Source: Neorhizobium sp. UBA7851 (GTDB lineage: Bacteria; Pseudomonadota; Alphaproteobacteria; Rhizobiales; Rhizobiaceae). Taken from it: a DNA stretch of 64,000 nt. The stretch covers positions 16,859 to 80,858 of the forward strand of contig DLSX01000130.1 in NCBI GenBank assembly GCA_002500765.1, in the 5' to 3' direction. Of the stretch, positions 42,207 to 52,694 are shown in pieces. Under the pieces are notes generated by a model. The model ran no database searches. It had not been told where the DNA came from and saw nothing but the letters and a program-made list of their open reading frames with translations. Position 1 is the first letter of the stretch. Each line of letters begins with the position of its first letter. The position numbers were made by a program, and so were the translations under genes.

Positions 42207-43478
42207 ATGAAGGTTCTGCTGATTGGCTCCGGTGGCCGCGAACATGCATTGGCGTGGAAGCTTGCGCAGTCTCCCAAACTGACTACCCTTTATGCCGCTC
42301 CAGGTAATCCCGGCATCGCCGAGAATGCCGAGATCGTCTCTCTCAATGTCGACGATCACAATGCAGTTGTCGAATTCTGCCTGACCAGGGGCATCGATTT
42401 CGTCGTGGTCGGCCCTGAAGGCCCGCTCGTCGCCGGCATTGCCGACGTATTGCGCGCCAAAAATATCGTCGTCTTCGGACCATCGGCGGCAGCGGCCCAG
42501 CTTGAAGGCTCCAAGGGTTTTACCAAGGATATCTGTGCCCGCTACAATATCCCGACAGGCGCTTATCGCCGTTTCACCAATGGTGAGGAAGCAAAGGCCT
42601 ATGTGACCGAGCAGGGCGCGCCGATCGTCGTCAAGGCGGACGGGCTTGCAGCCGGCAAGGGCGTTACCGTGGCGATGACCGTCGAGGAAGCGCTTTCCGC
42701 CATCGACGACTGCTTCGACGGCGCATTCGGGGCTGCCGGTGCAGAAGTTGTTGTCGAAGCTTATCTCGACGGCGAGGAAGCCAGCTTCTTCTGCTTGTCC
42801 GACGGCAAGACGGCGCTGGCGCTCGCCACCGCGCAGGACCACAAGCGTGTCGATGACGGCGATATCGGACCGAATACCGGCGGCATGGGCGCCTATTCCC
42901 CTGCCCCCGTCATGACGCCCGAAATGGTCGAGCGGACGATGAAGGAAATCATCGAACCGACGATCCGCGGCATGGCGGAAAGCGGCCATCCTTTCACCGG
43001 CGTTTTCTTTGCCGGTTTGATGATCACCCAGAAGGGGCCGGAACTGATCGAATACAATGTCCGCTTCGGCGACCCGGAATGCCAGGTACTGATGATGCGG
43101 CTGAAGAGTGATCTTCTGGAACTGCTCTATGCTGCCGCAACCGGCACTCTGGACCAGGTGGAGGCGCTGTGGAGCGACGACATCGCGCTGACAGTAGTCA
43201 TGGCATCCAAGGGGTACCCAGCCGGCTACGAAAAGAACACGCCGATCGCGAAATTGCCGTCAGCCGGCAGGGGAGAAAAAATCTTCCACGCCGGCACGGC
43301 GATGAAGGATGGACAACTGGTGGCGACTGGCGGGCGTGTGCTGAATGTTACTGCCACGGGCCATAATGTACGCGAGGCGCAGGCTGGAGCCTATTCGCTC
43401 GTGGAAGGCATCACCTGGGAGAACGGATTCTGCCGCCGTGACATCGGCTGGCGGGCTGCGGCTCGGGAGAATTCCTGA
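42207..43478 (+). CDS. purD: Phosphoribosylamine-glycine ligase
   Basis: Motifs [19 protein letters not shown] and [10 protein letters not shown]. Confidence 0.97.
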   Translation: MKVLLIGSGGREHALAWKLAQSPKLTTLYAAPGNPGIAENAEIVSLNVDDHNAVVEFCLTRGIDFVVVGPEGPLVAGIADVLRAKNIVVFGPSAAAAQLEGSKGFTKDICARYNIPTGAYRRFTNGEEAKAYVTEQGAPIVVKADGLAAGKGVTVAMTVEEALSAIDDCFDGAFGAAGAEVVVEAYLDGEEASFFCLSDGKTALALATAQDHKRVDDGDIGPNTGGMGAYSPAPVMTPEMVERTMKEIIEPTIRGMAESGHPFTGVFFAGLMITQKGPELIEYNVRFGDPECQVLMMRLKSDLLELLYAAATGTLDQVEALWSDDIALTVVMASKGYPAGYEKNTPIAKLPSAGRGEKIFHAGTAMKDGQLVATGGRVLNVTATGHNVREAQAGAYSLVEGITWENGFCRRDIGWRAAARENS

Positions 43479-43596
43479 CAGGCGGCCCAATAGTGAGGCG
43501 GCCAATCATTTCAGTTTAAGCCGCTATTTACCGATTCTCCTGACGGGATCGAAACCACTTATGGCTTACGCATGATGCAAAGAGAGGATTTGCATC

Positions 43597-44073
43597 ATGC
43601 GTCATCTGGCCCTCACAGCCTTCGTGCTTTTCGCCGGCTCCGCTCAGGCGCAGTCTATCCTGCCGCTTTCGAGCGATACGCAAGGCACGACCACGAGCAT
43701 GCTCAGCATCAGATGCCAAACCTGCCCGCCTCTCAAGACAGCCGATGACGGCAATTACAAGGTCCCCGTGCTGAAGGGCGCCATCCAATCGGTTTCGATG
43801 ATGGAGATCGACGGTGAGAAGAAGATAGTGCGGACAGACGCATGGATGGGCGGCTCTCCGGTCGTCCATATCAGCAAGCTTCCAGACTGGATGACCGTCG
43901 ATCAGCTACAGGCCGTGATCAATACCGGCAACGGAAAGCATGTCCAGACCGAGGTCCAGCTTGCCAGCCAGCAGCAAGATCCGATTGATCTTGAATCCAA
44001 GACGGGCGCGGTGGAGAGAAACACTCCTGGCGAGAAAGAGTTCGAAATACCCTCTCTCAGGTTGAACAAGTAA
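43597..44073 (+). CDS. Secreted CxxC protein resembling the HPE1-like family
   Basis: Signal peptide ending AQA, CQTCP, and RTDAWMGGSPV. Family assignment from memory. Confidence 0.6.
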   Translation: MRHLALTAFVLFAGSAQAQSILPLSSDTQGTTTSMLSIRCQTCPPLKTADDGNYKVPVLKGAIQSVSMMEIDGEKKIVRTDAWMGGSPVVHISKLPDWMTVDQLQAVINTGNGKHVQTEVQLASQQQDPIDLESKTGAVERNTPGEKEFEIPSLRLNK

Positions 44074-44351
44074 TTCCAGTCTTCCCTCCGAATCTCTCAA
44101 GATACGAAATTACTAATACTTTCATGAAGACTTGCCGATCCCGCTCGGAGAACAGAAACACACGGTAACAGCAGATGATATATGCGTTATCGGACCTCTG
44201 TCGGCGAAAATTTAAATTTTTATTTAAATATACAGGGCATTTCTAGCGCTGTGCGATGCAGCACGAAATCTGCGCAGGATGCGCTCCTTCCCAAATTTGA
44301 GTTTTAGTCAGCTGCCGAAATAACGGCCGCTTGTACGGTCGCGAGGATTCC

Positions 44352-46184
44352 ATGAAGAACCTGAAGATCTCCCATCAGCTCGTGCTGCTTGTGCTGACCT
44401 TAATGGTCGCCTTCGCGGTCGGCACCTATTTCGAACTGCGAGCCTCCACCAACGCGATTTACGCCGAGCGCTATGGAATGCTGCGAAGCCAGGTGGAATC
44501 GGGCATCGGCATCCTGAAAAAGTTCCAAGAGCGTGAGGCAACCGGTGAACTGACGCACGAAGACGCGCAGACACAAGCCTTCGCAGCCGTCGCCGCCATG
44601 ACCTTCAAGCCGGATGGCTATCTTTATGCCTACGACTACGACGTGACGATGCGCCTGCATCCAGACCCCAAGCGTCTCGGTCAGAATTTCAAGGGCAAGC
44701 CCGACAGCCAGGGCTTCATGTATCGCGATGAACTGGTGAAGATCGGCCGGGCGGGCGGTGGAACCGCCGACTTCCTCGGCCCCAAGCCGGGCGAAGAGGG
44801 TGACGGTTTCCGCAAGAGCTCCTATGCGCTTGCCTTCGAACCCTGGCAGCTTGTTCTTGTGACCGGTGTTTATGTCGACGATCTGGAGGCTCAGATCCGC
44901 GGTGACATCATAAAGGCCGTCGGAATTGGCGCGGCTATTCTCATCGTCGCGGCCATGCTTGCTCTGGTCGTCATCCGCAACATTTCGGGGCCGCTTGGCG
45001 ATATCCGGAATGCCCTCAATGCCGTGGCCGACGAGAATGTCGATCTCAAGATCCCACATACCGGTATGACGAACGAAGTGGGCCTGATGGCCCGCGCAAC
45101 CGAAGCCCTGCAGCAAAAGGTGCGCGAGCGCCATGCGATGGAAGAACGCCAGCACCGCCAGCAGGAGGAACTCGATGGCGAACGTCAGCAGAACCTCGAC
45201 ATGCAGCGCAGCGAGGCCGAACTTCAGGCTCGTGTCGTTACGACGATCGGCTCCGCTCTGGAGGACCTTGCCAAGGGAGACCTGACGGTGCGCTGTCGCG
45301 ATCTGGGCAGCCGTTACGCCGGCCTGCGCGACAACTTCAACGAGGCTCTCGGACATCTCGAGGCTGCAATGTCCAAGGTCAATGCCAAGGGCATCGACAT
45401 CGGCGGTTCGAAGGAAGAAATCCGTCGTGCCTCAAACGAATTGTCGCAACGTACGGAACGCCAGGCGGCCAATCTCGAAGAAACTTCGGCAGCTCTTGAT
45501 GAACTCACTGTCGCCGTCAAGCAGACAGCCGACGGCGCCCGCGAGGCAGCACAGCGTGTCGTTGCTGTCAGCGGCGAAGCCAACCGCAGCGATGCCGTCG
45601 TTGCTGAAGCCATCGAAGCCATGAGCGGTATCGAACAGTCTTCCGGTGAGATCTCCAAGATCATCGGTGTGATCGACGAGATTGCCTTTCAGACCAACCT
45701 TCTGGCACTCAATGCCGGCGTCGAGGCCGCGCGTGCCGGCGAAAGCGGCAAAGGTTTTGCCGTCGTTGCCCAGGAAGTGCGCGAACTCGCCCAACGCTCG
45801 GCAGCGGCCGCCAAGGAGATCAAGGACCAGATCTCCCATTCCTCCCATCAGGTGGAAAACGGCGTACGCCTCGTCGGCGAAGCTGGAGAAGCCCTGAAGC
45901 GCATTTCCGGCCAGGTGAAGGCCGCAAGCGATATCGTCAGCAAGATCGCCGATTCCGCTGCCGAGCAGGACTCGACGCTGCGTTCGATCTCGTCATCGCT
46001 CAACCATCTCGACCAGGCAACCCAACAGAATGCCGCCATGGCGGAAGAGACCACAGCATCCGCCGAGGCACTCGCGGTAGATACCGAGGACTTGTTGAAC
46101 CTTATCCGCGGGTTCCGTGTCAGCAGCTCAAGAAATGGCGATACGCTACGTGATATGGCCGGCCAGATGCGCATGGCAAGCTGA
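44352..46184 (+). CDS. Methyl-accepting chemotaxis protein (single Cache sensor, HAMP)
   Basis: Two TM segments and IAFQTNLLALNAGVEAARAGE.GKGFAVVA. Confidence 0.93.
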   Translation: MKNLKISHQLVLLVLTLMVAFAVGTYFELRASTNAIYAERYGMLRSQVESGIGILKKFQEREATGELTHEDAQTQAFAAVAAMTFKPDGYLYAYDYDVTMRLHPDPKRLGQNFKGKPDSQGFMYRDELVKIGRAGGGTADFLGPKPGEEGDGFRKSSYALAFEPWQLVLVTGVYVDDLEAQIRGDIIKAVGIGAAILIVAAMLALVVIRNISGPLGDIRNALNAVADENVDLKIPHTGMTNEVGLMARATEALQQKVRERHAMEERQHRQQEELDGERQQNLDMQRSEAELQARVVTTIGSALEDLAKGDLTVRCRDLGSRYAGLRDNFNEALGHLEAAMSKVNAKGIDIGGSKEEIRRASNELSQRTERQAANLEETSAALDELTVAVKQTADGAREAAQRVVAVSGEANRSDAVVAEAIEAMSGIEQSSGEISKIIGVIDEIAFQTNLLALNAGVEAARAGESGKGFAVVAQEVRELAQRSAAAAKEIKDQISHSSHQVENGVRLVGEAGEALKRISGQVKAASDIVSKIADSAAEQDSTLRSISSSLNHLDQATQQNAAMAEETTASAEALAVDTEDLLNLIRGFRVSSSRNGDTLRDMAGQMRMAS

Positions 46185-46253
46185 ATATCCACGAACGAAG
46201 CTTCGCTCAACGAGAGCCGAGCTTCCAGAAAATTACGCGGGGGACGCGGGGAA

Positions 46254-46296
46254 GAAAGCCGTCAGGACGATATGGTCCGACGGCTTTCTCTTTTTC
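46254..46296. terminator. Hairpin terminator between convergent genes
   Basis: gaaagccgtc...gacggctttc followed by a T-run. Confidence 0.65.
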
Positions 46297-46336
46297 AACG
46301 CCACTTCGTCCGCCAATTCGGCTGGGGATGATGACG

Positions 46337-46831
46337 TTAGGTTCTGCTGATCAAAGCGTCGAGGTCGTCCACCTGTCTGTCCGAGCAGACGACGATGCCT
46401 GCCCGGATCAGCAATGCTGCCGTCACGCCGTTGCCGGCATGTCTTTTGCCTGAAAACGCGCCATCGTAGATAAAGCCGGAACCGCAGGACGGACTGCCGT
46501 CAATCAGCAGCGCATGGGTGCAGGTATTCGCCTGCGCGAACTCCAATGCGCGATGAGCGCCTGCGACGAACTCTTCGGTCACATCACAGCCGGTAATTTC
46601 CAAGACCCGCGCCCGGCCCGCAAGAACATCCGTCCCCGTCATGCCGTTCTCGATTTCCGCGGGCGGCCGAGGCACACTCATGCCGCCGGCAAGTTCCGGG
46701 CAGATCGTCACCAACCTGCCCTCCTCCCGCCAGCGGTCAATTGCCGGATGGATAAGAGGCTTTCCCTTGCCGTCATAGCGAACGGCGTGACCAAGAAGGC
46801 AGGCACTGATGAGGATTTTGCAGAGTGTCAT
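46337..46831 (-). CDS. DUF523 / thiouracil desulfidase-like Fe-S protein
   Basis: Motifs ISACLLG..VRYDG, CPE and SPSCG. Confidence 0.85.
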   Translation of the reverse strand: MTLCKILISACLLGHAVRYDGKGKPLIHPAIDRWREEGRLVTICPELAGGMSVPRPPAEIENGMTGTDVLAGRARVLEITGCDVTEEFVAGAHRALEFAQANTCTHALLIDGSPSCGSGFIYDGAFSGKRHAGNGVTAALLIRAGIVVCSDRQVDDLDALISRT

Positions 46832-46935
46832 GACTGTTCGTCGAGATTGCGGTGGATATCGACCTTTTCGTAGAGGATGCGGGCGATGTCTCGCAGATCG
46901 CACTTGGCTGTTTGACGTAGCTTGACGTCAAACAC
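46828..46935 (-). pseudogene. parE: Internally deleted ParE-family toxin remnant (35 aa)
   Basis: Hand translation VFDVKLRQTAKCDLRDI|ARILYEKVDIHRNLDEQS* joins a ParE-like N-terminus directly to a ParE-like C-terminus. Overlaps the parD stop. Confidence 0.7.
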
Positions 46936-47179
46936 GTTCAGCCCATGACGCACGATCCGATGTCATCAATGCCTCATGATCATATGGCTCAGCGGGTCCA
47001 TCGTTTTCGCTTTCGATCAGCAATTCGCGCAGCCTCTCCATCTTCATCTGCTCTTCCTCCAGCAGATGAACGCTGGCTTCGACGAATTTCTCAGCCGAGC
47101 TGAAACGGCCGCTCTCCACTTCGTTGTCAACGAAGGTTCCGAACGGTTCGCCAAGGGTGACCTGTACGGGCTTGTTCAT
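46928..47179 (-). CDS. parD: ParD-like RHH antitoxin
   Basis: VTLGEPFGTFVDNEVESGRFSSAEKFVEASVHLLEE resembles the CC2985/ParD family. GGAG RBS. Confidence 0.75.
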   Translation of the reverse strand: MNKPVQVTLGEPFGTFVDNEVESGRFSSAEKFVEASVHLLEEEQMKMERLRELLIESENDGPAEPYDHEALMTSDRASWAERV

Positions 47180-47250
47180 AACGGCTCCATCTTCCGCAGA
47201 AATTGACGTTAGCACGCATCGGAAAGGCAGACAAAAGTCGCGATGGGCAA

Positions 47251-47622
47251 TCATCTCGCCTCAAACTGACTCACCGGCAAAGGGCGGCACGGTTGCCAGC
47301 GGATTTCGTAGACCGTCACGGCGACGATCATCGTCACGGCAAAGATGATCAAGCATGCGAGCATGACCAGTCCATGCGCCAGACCACGCCCGCGGGAAAA
47401 ATAGGTCTTCAGGAACCTGCGCTGATAGGCGTCGAAGACAAGCCCATTGAAACGCCCGGCCTCATCCCGCTCACGGTGGTCAAGCCACAGGATCAGGAAC
47501 AAGAGCAGCAGACCGAGCCATACAATCAGGAAGGACGAGCTGAGCAGGAGATTGATCGAACCACCAGCCCTGAAGCAGAAACCGCTGGCGCCGAGCGAAA
47601 GAGGTTCAGCGCCAGCCTCCAT
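47251..47622 (-). CDS. Hypothetical two-TM membrane protein
   Basis: Two hydrophobic stretches. Starts 4 nt after the glyS stop. Confidence 0.4.
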   Translation of the reverse strand: MEAGAEPLSLGASGFCFRAGGSINLLLSSSFLIVWLGLLLLFLILWLDHRERDEAGRFNGLVFDAYQRRFLKTYFSRGRGLAHGLVMLACLIIFAVTMIVAVTVYEIRWQPCRPLPVSQFEAR

Positions 47623-47626
47623 GAGT

Positions 47627-50002
47627 TTACCCGCTGATCTTGGAAAAGTCCGCCACCGTACCGGTCGCCTCACGGATAGCCTTCAACAGGGCCAGGCGGT
47701 TGGCACGGATCGCGGCGTCCTCGTCGTTGACGAGAACGTCTTCGAAGAACTTGTCGACCGGCGCACGGAGTTTTGAAAGTGCAGCCATGGCCGACTGGAA
47801 GTCTTCCTTCGCGCTTGCTTCGGCAGCTTCGCTGGAAGCCGCCTTGATCGCCGTCCACAGCGCCTTTTCGGCATCGAGCTTCAGAAGTTCTTCCGCGACA
47901 CCTTTGGCGACGACCGTGCCCTTTTTCTCTTCTGCGGCCAACAGCTGGGTGGCGCGCTTGGTGCCGGCAAGCAGGTTCAGGCCGTCATCCGACGAAATGA
48001 AAGAGGTCAGCGCTTCGGCGCGGCGTGCCACGAGCAGCAGGTCGTCGGTCTCGGAAGTCAGCACCGCATCGATGATGTCGTGCCGGGCGCCCATATCGCG
48101 CAGATAGACCTTCAAGCGATCGTGGAAGAAGGAGAGGAGGTCGGCTGCGACCGCGCTAGAAGGATCGAACAATTTTCTCGGGATATTAATCCCGTCAGCA
48201 TCCGGCTCTATCTGCCAGACAGCCGTCTCAGTCGTAAAATCTTTACCTACTTGGAAAACGCCTCTTTCCCATTCGTAAGCGCTCCAGAAAAGTGAGAGCT
48301 CCTCTTCAGAGACGCCAACAAGGTAGTCGGGCGCGGAAAGCCGTCCTTTAAGGATATTCAGATAAGCCGAGTGAAACACGTGCAGTAGGCTTGTCCGCAC
48401 ATTCCGCTCGAGCAGAACGCGCACAACACCCAACGCTGCACGACGAAGCGCATACGGATCTTTCGATCCCGTCGGCTTTTCGTCGATAGCCCAAAAACCG
48501 ACGAGCGTATCGAGCTTGTCGGCCAACGCGACCGTGACCGCGACCTTGTCCCTCGGCACGCGGTCGGATGGGCCTTGCGGCTTGTAATGATCCTCGATGG
48601 CGATGGCGACCGATTCATTTTCTCCCTGCAGATCAGCGTAGCGGCGGCCCATCAGGCCCTGCAATTCGGGGAATTCGCCGACAGCTTCGGTGCGCAGGTC
48701 CGCCTTGGCAAGCACTGCGGCGCGATCAACGAGGATCGGATCGGCGCCGACGATCGGCGCCAGTTCCTTCGCTAGCGCCCGTATGCGGGTGACGCGTTCA
48801 CCCTGCGTGCCGAGCTTGGCATGGAAGGTGACGTTCAGTGCATCGAGCTTGGCCATGCGCTGGTCGAGCGGCTTCTTCAGGTCGAGATCGAATTTCTTTG
48901 CCGAATCCACCAGCGTGCCGAGATCAGGCAGGTCGCCCTGGTCGCGGGTCCAGAAATGCTTGGCGTCGGAAAGGCGTGCGCGCACGACCTTGCCGTTGCC
49001 GTGAATGATTTCCTTGCCGCCGTCCTTGGCGTCGATATTCGAGATCAGGATGAAATGGTTCGACAGGCCTTCTTCGGCCCCTTGAGGCCGCGTGACGAAG
49101 CATTTCTGGTTCGTCTTGATCGTAAGGCGGATGATCTCGGCCGGGATTTCGAGATAATCCTTCTCGAACGTGCCCATCAGCACATGCGGCCATTCGACCA
49201 GGCCGGAAACTTCCTCAAGCAGACCTTCGTCCTCGACCAGATCGAGACCGCTCGCGAAAGCCAGATCGCGCGCATCATGCAGGATCATGTCTTTGCGGCG
49301 GTCGGCATCGAGCATGACCTTCGCCTTTTCGAGGCTTGCCACGTAATCGTCGAAGCGGCGCACCGTGATGGCATCCGGCGCATGGAATCGGTGGCCATAG
49401 GTCACATTGCCGGCCACGATGCCGTCGATCTCGAAGGGGATGACCTTCGTTTCGTCATGTTCGGAGCCGAAGGTGCATATGATCGACTGCAGCGGGCGCA
49501 CCCAGCGCAGACTTTCCGATCCCTTGCCCTCGATGCCGCCATAGCTCGAACCTTTCGGCATGGAGGCGAAACCGGAGCGCATCGACTTCGGCCACGGGAA
49601 GGAGCGGATGATGCCGGGCATCACGTCTGCAATGATCTCCTCGGCGGCGCGGCCGGCCTTGGAAACGATGGCGACATAAAAATCGCCCTTCTTCGGATCG
49701 GTGGCCACCTGGGCCTCGGAAATATCGGCAAGGCCTGCCTTGCGCAGGAAGCCAGCGATCGCCTGTTCCGGCGCCTTGGTGGACGGGCCCTTGATCTCTT
49801 CGCGCAGATCGGCGGAGCGTGGGGTCAGGCCGCGAATATCGAGCGTCAGCCGGCGCGGCGTCCAGTATTCACGCGCACCCTCATAAGTCAGACCTGCATC
49901 CACCAGCGCGTCGGTCACGAGCTTTTTCAGGTCCCCCGCCGCCTTGCGCTGCATGCGGGCGGGAATTTCCTCGGAGCGAAGTTCTAGAAGCAGGTCGGGC
50001 AT
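47627..50002 (-). CDS. glyS: Glycine-tRNA ligase beta subunit (with an internal insertion)
   Basis: Motifs [30 protein letters not shown] and NRLALL. Confidence 0.96.
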   Translation of the reverse strand: MPDLLLELRSEEIPARMQRKAAGDLKKLVTDALVDAGLTYEGAREYWTPRRLTLDIRGLTPRSADLREEIKGPSTKAPEQAIAGFLRKAGLADISEAQVATDPKKGDFYVAIVSKAGRAAEEIIADVMPGIIRSFPWPKSMRSGFASMPKGSSYGGIEGKGSESLRWVRPLQSIICTFGSEHDETKVIPFEIDGIVAGNVTYGHRFHAPDAITVRRFDDYVASLEKAKVMLDADRRKDMILHDARDLAFASGLDLVEDEGLLEEVSGLVEWPHVLMGTFEKDYLEIPAEIIRLTIKTNQKCFVTRPQGAEEGLSNHFILISNIDAKDGGKEIIHGNGKVVRARLSDAKHFWTRDQGDLPDLGTLVDSAKKFDLDLKKPLDQRMAKLDALNVTFHAKLGTQGERVTRIRALAKELAPIVGADPILVDRAAVLAKADLRTEAVGEFPELQGLMGRRYADLQGENESVAIAIEDHYKPQGPSDRVPRDKVAVTVALADKLDTLVGFWAIDEKPTGSKDPYALRRAALGVVRVLLERNVRTSLLHVFHSAYLNILKGRLSAPDYLVGVSEEELSLFWSAYEWERGVFQVGKDFTTETAVWQIEPDADGINIPRKLFDPSSAVAADLLSFFHDRLKVYLRDMGARHDIIDAVLTSETDDLLLVARRAEALTSFISSDDGLNLLAGTKRATQLLAAEEKKGTVVAKGVAEELLKLDAEKALWTAIKAASSEAAEASAKEDFQSAMAALSKLRAPVDKFFEDVLVNDEDAAIRANRLALLKAIREATGTVADFSKISG

Positions 50003-50094
50003 GGGGCTCAAGTCTTTGCGCTGAAAATAATTGTGTGGCGGGCTTAGCAAGCCCGTCCGCAAAAGTCATCAGTTCTCATCGGGAAAGTGGAGGC

Positions 50095-52044
50095 CTACCA
50101 GCCTCCGCCTCCGCCGCCACCGCCACCGCCGCCGGAAAAACCGCCTCCCCCGCCGCCACCGGACGAAAAGCCGCCGCCGGAGAAACCCGAGGAACCGGAA
50201 GAAACCGGCGCGGGAATGGTCGACGCGATGGTGGAGGCCATTGACGAGGAAAAACCACCGATGCTTTCGCCAAAATTGCTGCCCGATTGGCCATGGTACC
50301 AGCCGGGATCATAAGCGAGTGCGGCAGCTCCCGCTGTCGCAGTGGCAAGCCATGCCTGGAAGGCTCGGTTCCAAGGCTTTTCAACATCGAGCGCCACCGC
50401 ATAGGGCAGCAGCTTTTCGAAATGCTGCGGCGACATGGCGGGTGCGCCGGCCATGTTCATCCTGTCCTTCTCGGCAACCGTCAGATAGAGGCGCAGGCCC
50501 TCGATATGCTGCATCAACCTCGCGCCGAGCGGTGTCGGCGCGCCCATCAGGAAAAAGAAGATCACGTTGGTCACAACGATGCCGGCGACAGCAACGAGGA
50601 TGGGCCAGTGGTCATTGGCCGTCAGCTCCTCGACAAGCGCGGTCATGATGGCCGAAAAGATAGATAGGAGCACGAAGCCCATGAACCCGCCGATGATGAC
50701 TGCGCCGATCTTGTTGCGCAGCGTCGCACCGCGTCGAAAGCTCAGTCCCAGCCGCGCCGAAAGAATGCTCATGAACACCGCCACAAACACGACGGCAACG
50801 ACAAAACCCGTAACGTCCGTCTCTATCTCACCAAGGATCATCACGGTGACGAGAAGCGCGAGGCTGAACACGATGCCGCCGATCGTGTAGAGGATATTGG
50901 AACGATAATATCTGCCACGATGTTCGCTCTCGATCGCCTGGCGGAACTTGCGACCCGCTTCCTGCACCTTCTCGCCATTCGATGAGCTGATCGTCAGCGT
51001 GTTGCCCGCCTTGCCGACAGCACCAAGCAGCACCGACTGGCCGGCCGGAAGATCCTTCGGCAACGGCTTCTCGGTTCGCTTGATGGTAATCGTACTGCCG
51101 ATCTCGGTTAGGACGGCATAACCCTTTACCGCAAGATCGAGGATGCTGGCGGAAAACGCCGGCCAGCCCGCACCGTTAAACCCCTTGTTGTCGATGTAAT
51201 TGACGAGAGCGGGCGAAAGCCCGTCCGGCGCATCCCAGCGCGGCACGATCGTGCCTCCATCTGGATCGCGTCCGACACGCATCCAGAAGACGACATAGTA
51301 GAGGACGGTCAGGACAAGCCCCGCGACAGCGATGATATCGGCCTTGTAGTCGCGCAGCCACCAGCTGCGCAGCTGCTCCGCGGAGGGCGGCGCGATGACA
51401 CCTTTCGGCACGGCTGCGACAACCGTGAGGCCTTCTCGACTGCCGAGCCACTGCGTCGTGGCGAAGGTCGCCTCGTTGCCGTTGATCGCGGATGTGGCAT
51501 TGGTGGCGCGAGATCCGAACGGCCCGGTATAGGCCGCCACCCTGTCGACACGACCTTCCGGAAAGACGATGCGCGCCGAGACTTTGCCGATCGGGAACTG
51601 CCATTCGGTGCCGGTGACGTTCCAGTAAACCTCGTCATGATCGGCAAAATAGCGGATCATCCGGTCGGTGCTGTAAGTCAGGACATAGGTGTGCAGGCCG
51701 CGCGACAGAAGCGTATCGGCATTTCCGAAATAGATGCGGATGCCACGATCGATCGTCTCGGTGCGATAAGGCTCCGGGCGACCGTCCCGCGTCACGGAAA
51801 GGATGTCGAACCCGACGCGGATGAGGCGGCCATCGCCATCCAGCATGGTCAGCGGGAAATCGCGAAAGATGCCACGGCGGATGAACAATCCTTCGGCATT
51901 GACCGTGATCGTCTCGCTGACCGTCAGATCGCCATTGCGTGCGACCTCAACCTCCGAGCGGTAGTCGGTGATCCGTTCATCTGCCGCAGCAGGCAGAATG
52001 AAGGCGGCAAGTAAGGCAAGAGCAACGAGAAGGCGCCGAAACAT
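50095..52044 (-). CDS. DUF2207 membrane protein
   Basis: Motifs DEVYWNVTG and LLPYAVAL, with a Gly-rich tail ending GGGW. Confidence 0.88.
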   Translation of the reverse strand: MFRRLLVALALLAAFILPAAADERITDYRSEVEVARNGDLTVSETITVNAEGLFIRRGIFRDFPLTMLDGDGRLIRVGFDILSVTRDGRPEPYRTETIDRGIRIYFGNADTLLSRGLHTYVLTYSTDRMIRYFADHDEVYWNVTGTEWQFPIGKVSARIVFPEGRVDRVAAYTGPFGSRATNATSAINGNEATFATTQWLGSREGLTVVAAVPKGVIAPPSAEQLRSWWLRDYKADIIAVAGLVLTVLYYVVFWMRVGRDPDGGTIVPRWDAPDGLSPALVNYIDNKGFNGAGWPAFSASILDLAVKGYAVLTEIGSTITIKRTEKPLPKDLPAGQSVLLGAVGKAGNTLTISSSNGEKVQEAGRKFRQAIESEHRGRYYRSNILYTIGGIVFSLALLVTVMILGEIETDVTGFVVAVVFVAVFMSILSARLGLSFRRGATLRNKIGAVIIGGFMGFVLLSIFSAIMTALVEELTANDHWPILVAVAGIVVTNVIFFFLMGAPTPLGARLMQHIEGLRLYLTVAEKDRMNMAGAPAMSPQHFEKLLPYAVALDVEKPWNRAFQAWLATATAGAAALAYDPGWYHGQSGSNFGESIGGFSSSMASTIASTIPAPVSSGSSGFSGGGFSSGGGGGGGFSGGGGGGGGGGGW

Positions 52045-52058
52045 CCGCAGCCTCCAGC

Positions 52059-52610
52059 TCAGAATTTCACGGAAGGTACAGCCCGATCGGCCTCGTTCTC
52101 GATCTCGAAATATTCGCGCTTGGAAAAGCCGAAGGGACCGGCAACGAGATTGGCCGGAAAGCTCTCGACCTTGATGTTCAGGTCGCGCGCCGAGCCGTTG
52201 TAATAACGTCGCGCCATCTGGATCTCGCTTTCGATCGTCTCCAGCGAAGTCTGCAATTCGGCAAAATTCTGGTTGGCCTTGAGGTCCGGATAGGCTTCGG
52301 CAAGCGCGAACAATTTACCAAGCGCCTGGGACAGCAAGCCTTCCGCTTGGGCGCGTCCGGCAACGTCGCCCTGGGGCACGGCCTGCGCCTGGTTACGAAG
52401 CTTCACCACCTCTTCGAGCGTGCCCTTTTCATGGGCGGCATAACCCTTCACCGTCTCGATCAGGTTGGGGATAAGATCGGCACGGCGCTTCAGCTGCACA
52501 TCGATGCCCGACCAGGCCTCTTCCGCCATCTGCCGCGCCCGCACGAGGCCGTTATAGATGACGATGACATAGAGAGCGACGGGCGCGATAAGACCGAGTG
52601 CGATATACAT
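52059..52610 (-). CDS. lemA: LemA family protein
   Basis: QLKRRADLIPNLIETVKGYAAHE and EAYPDLKANQNF. Confidence 0.93.
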   Translation of the reverse strand: MYIALGLIAPVALYVIVIYNGLVRARQMAEEAWSGIDVQLKRRADLIPNLIETVKGYAAHEKGTLEEVVKLRNQAQAVPQGDVAGRAQAEGLLSQALGKLFALAEAYPDLKANQNFAELQTSLETIESEIQMARRYYNGSARDLNIKVESFPANLVAGPFGFSKREYFEIENEADRAVPSVKF

Positions 52611-52694
52611 GAAGAAGTCCCCCGAGATATCTAAGCCGCGGAAAGACTATGTGGCTAAAGCCGGATTGTCACCGGAAATTGATGATCGGCAGCC

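Noticed and set aside
44212..44227. CtrA site upstream of the MCP
   Set aside because: Spacing is 8 nt in an AT-rich tract, so a chance match is likely.
50087..50314. Poly-proline ORF / GCC-type repeat
   Set aside because: Reverse complement of the normal Gly-rich tail of DUF2207.
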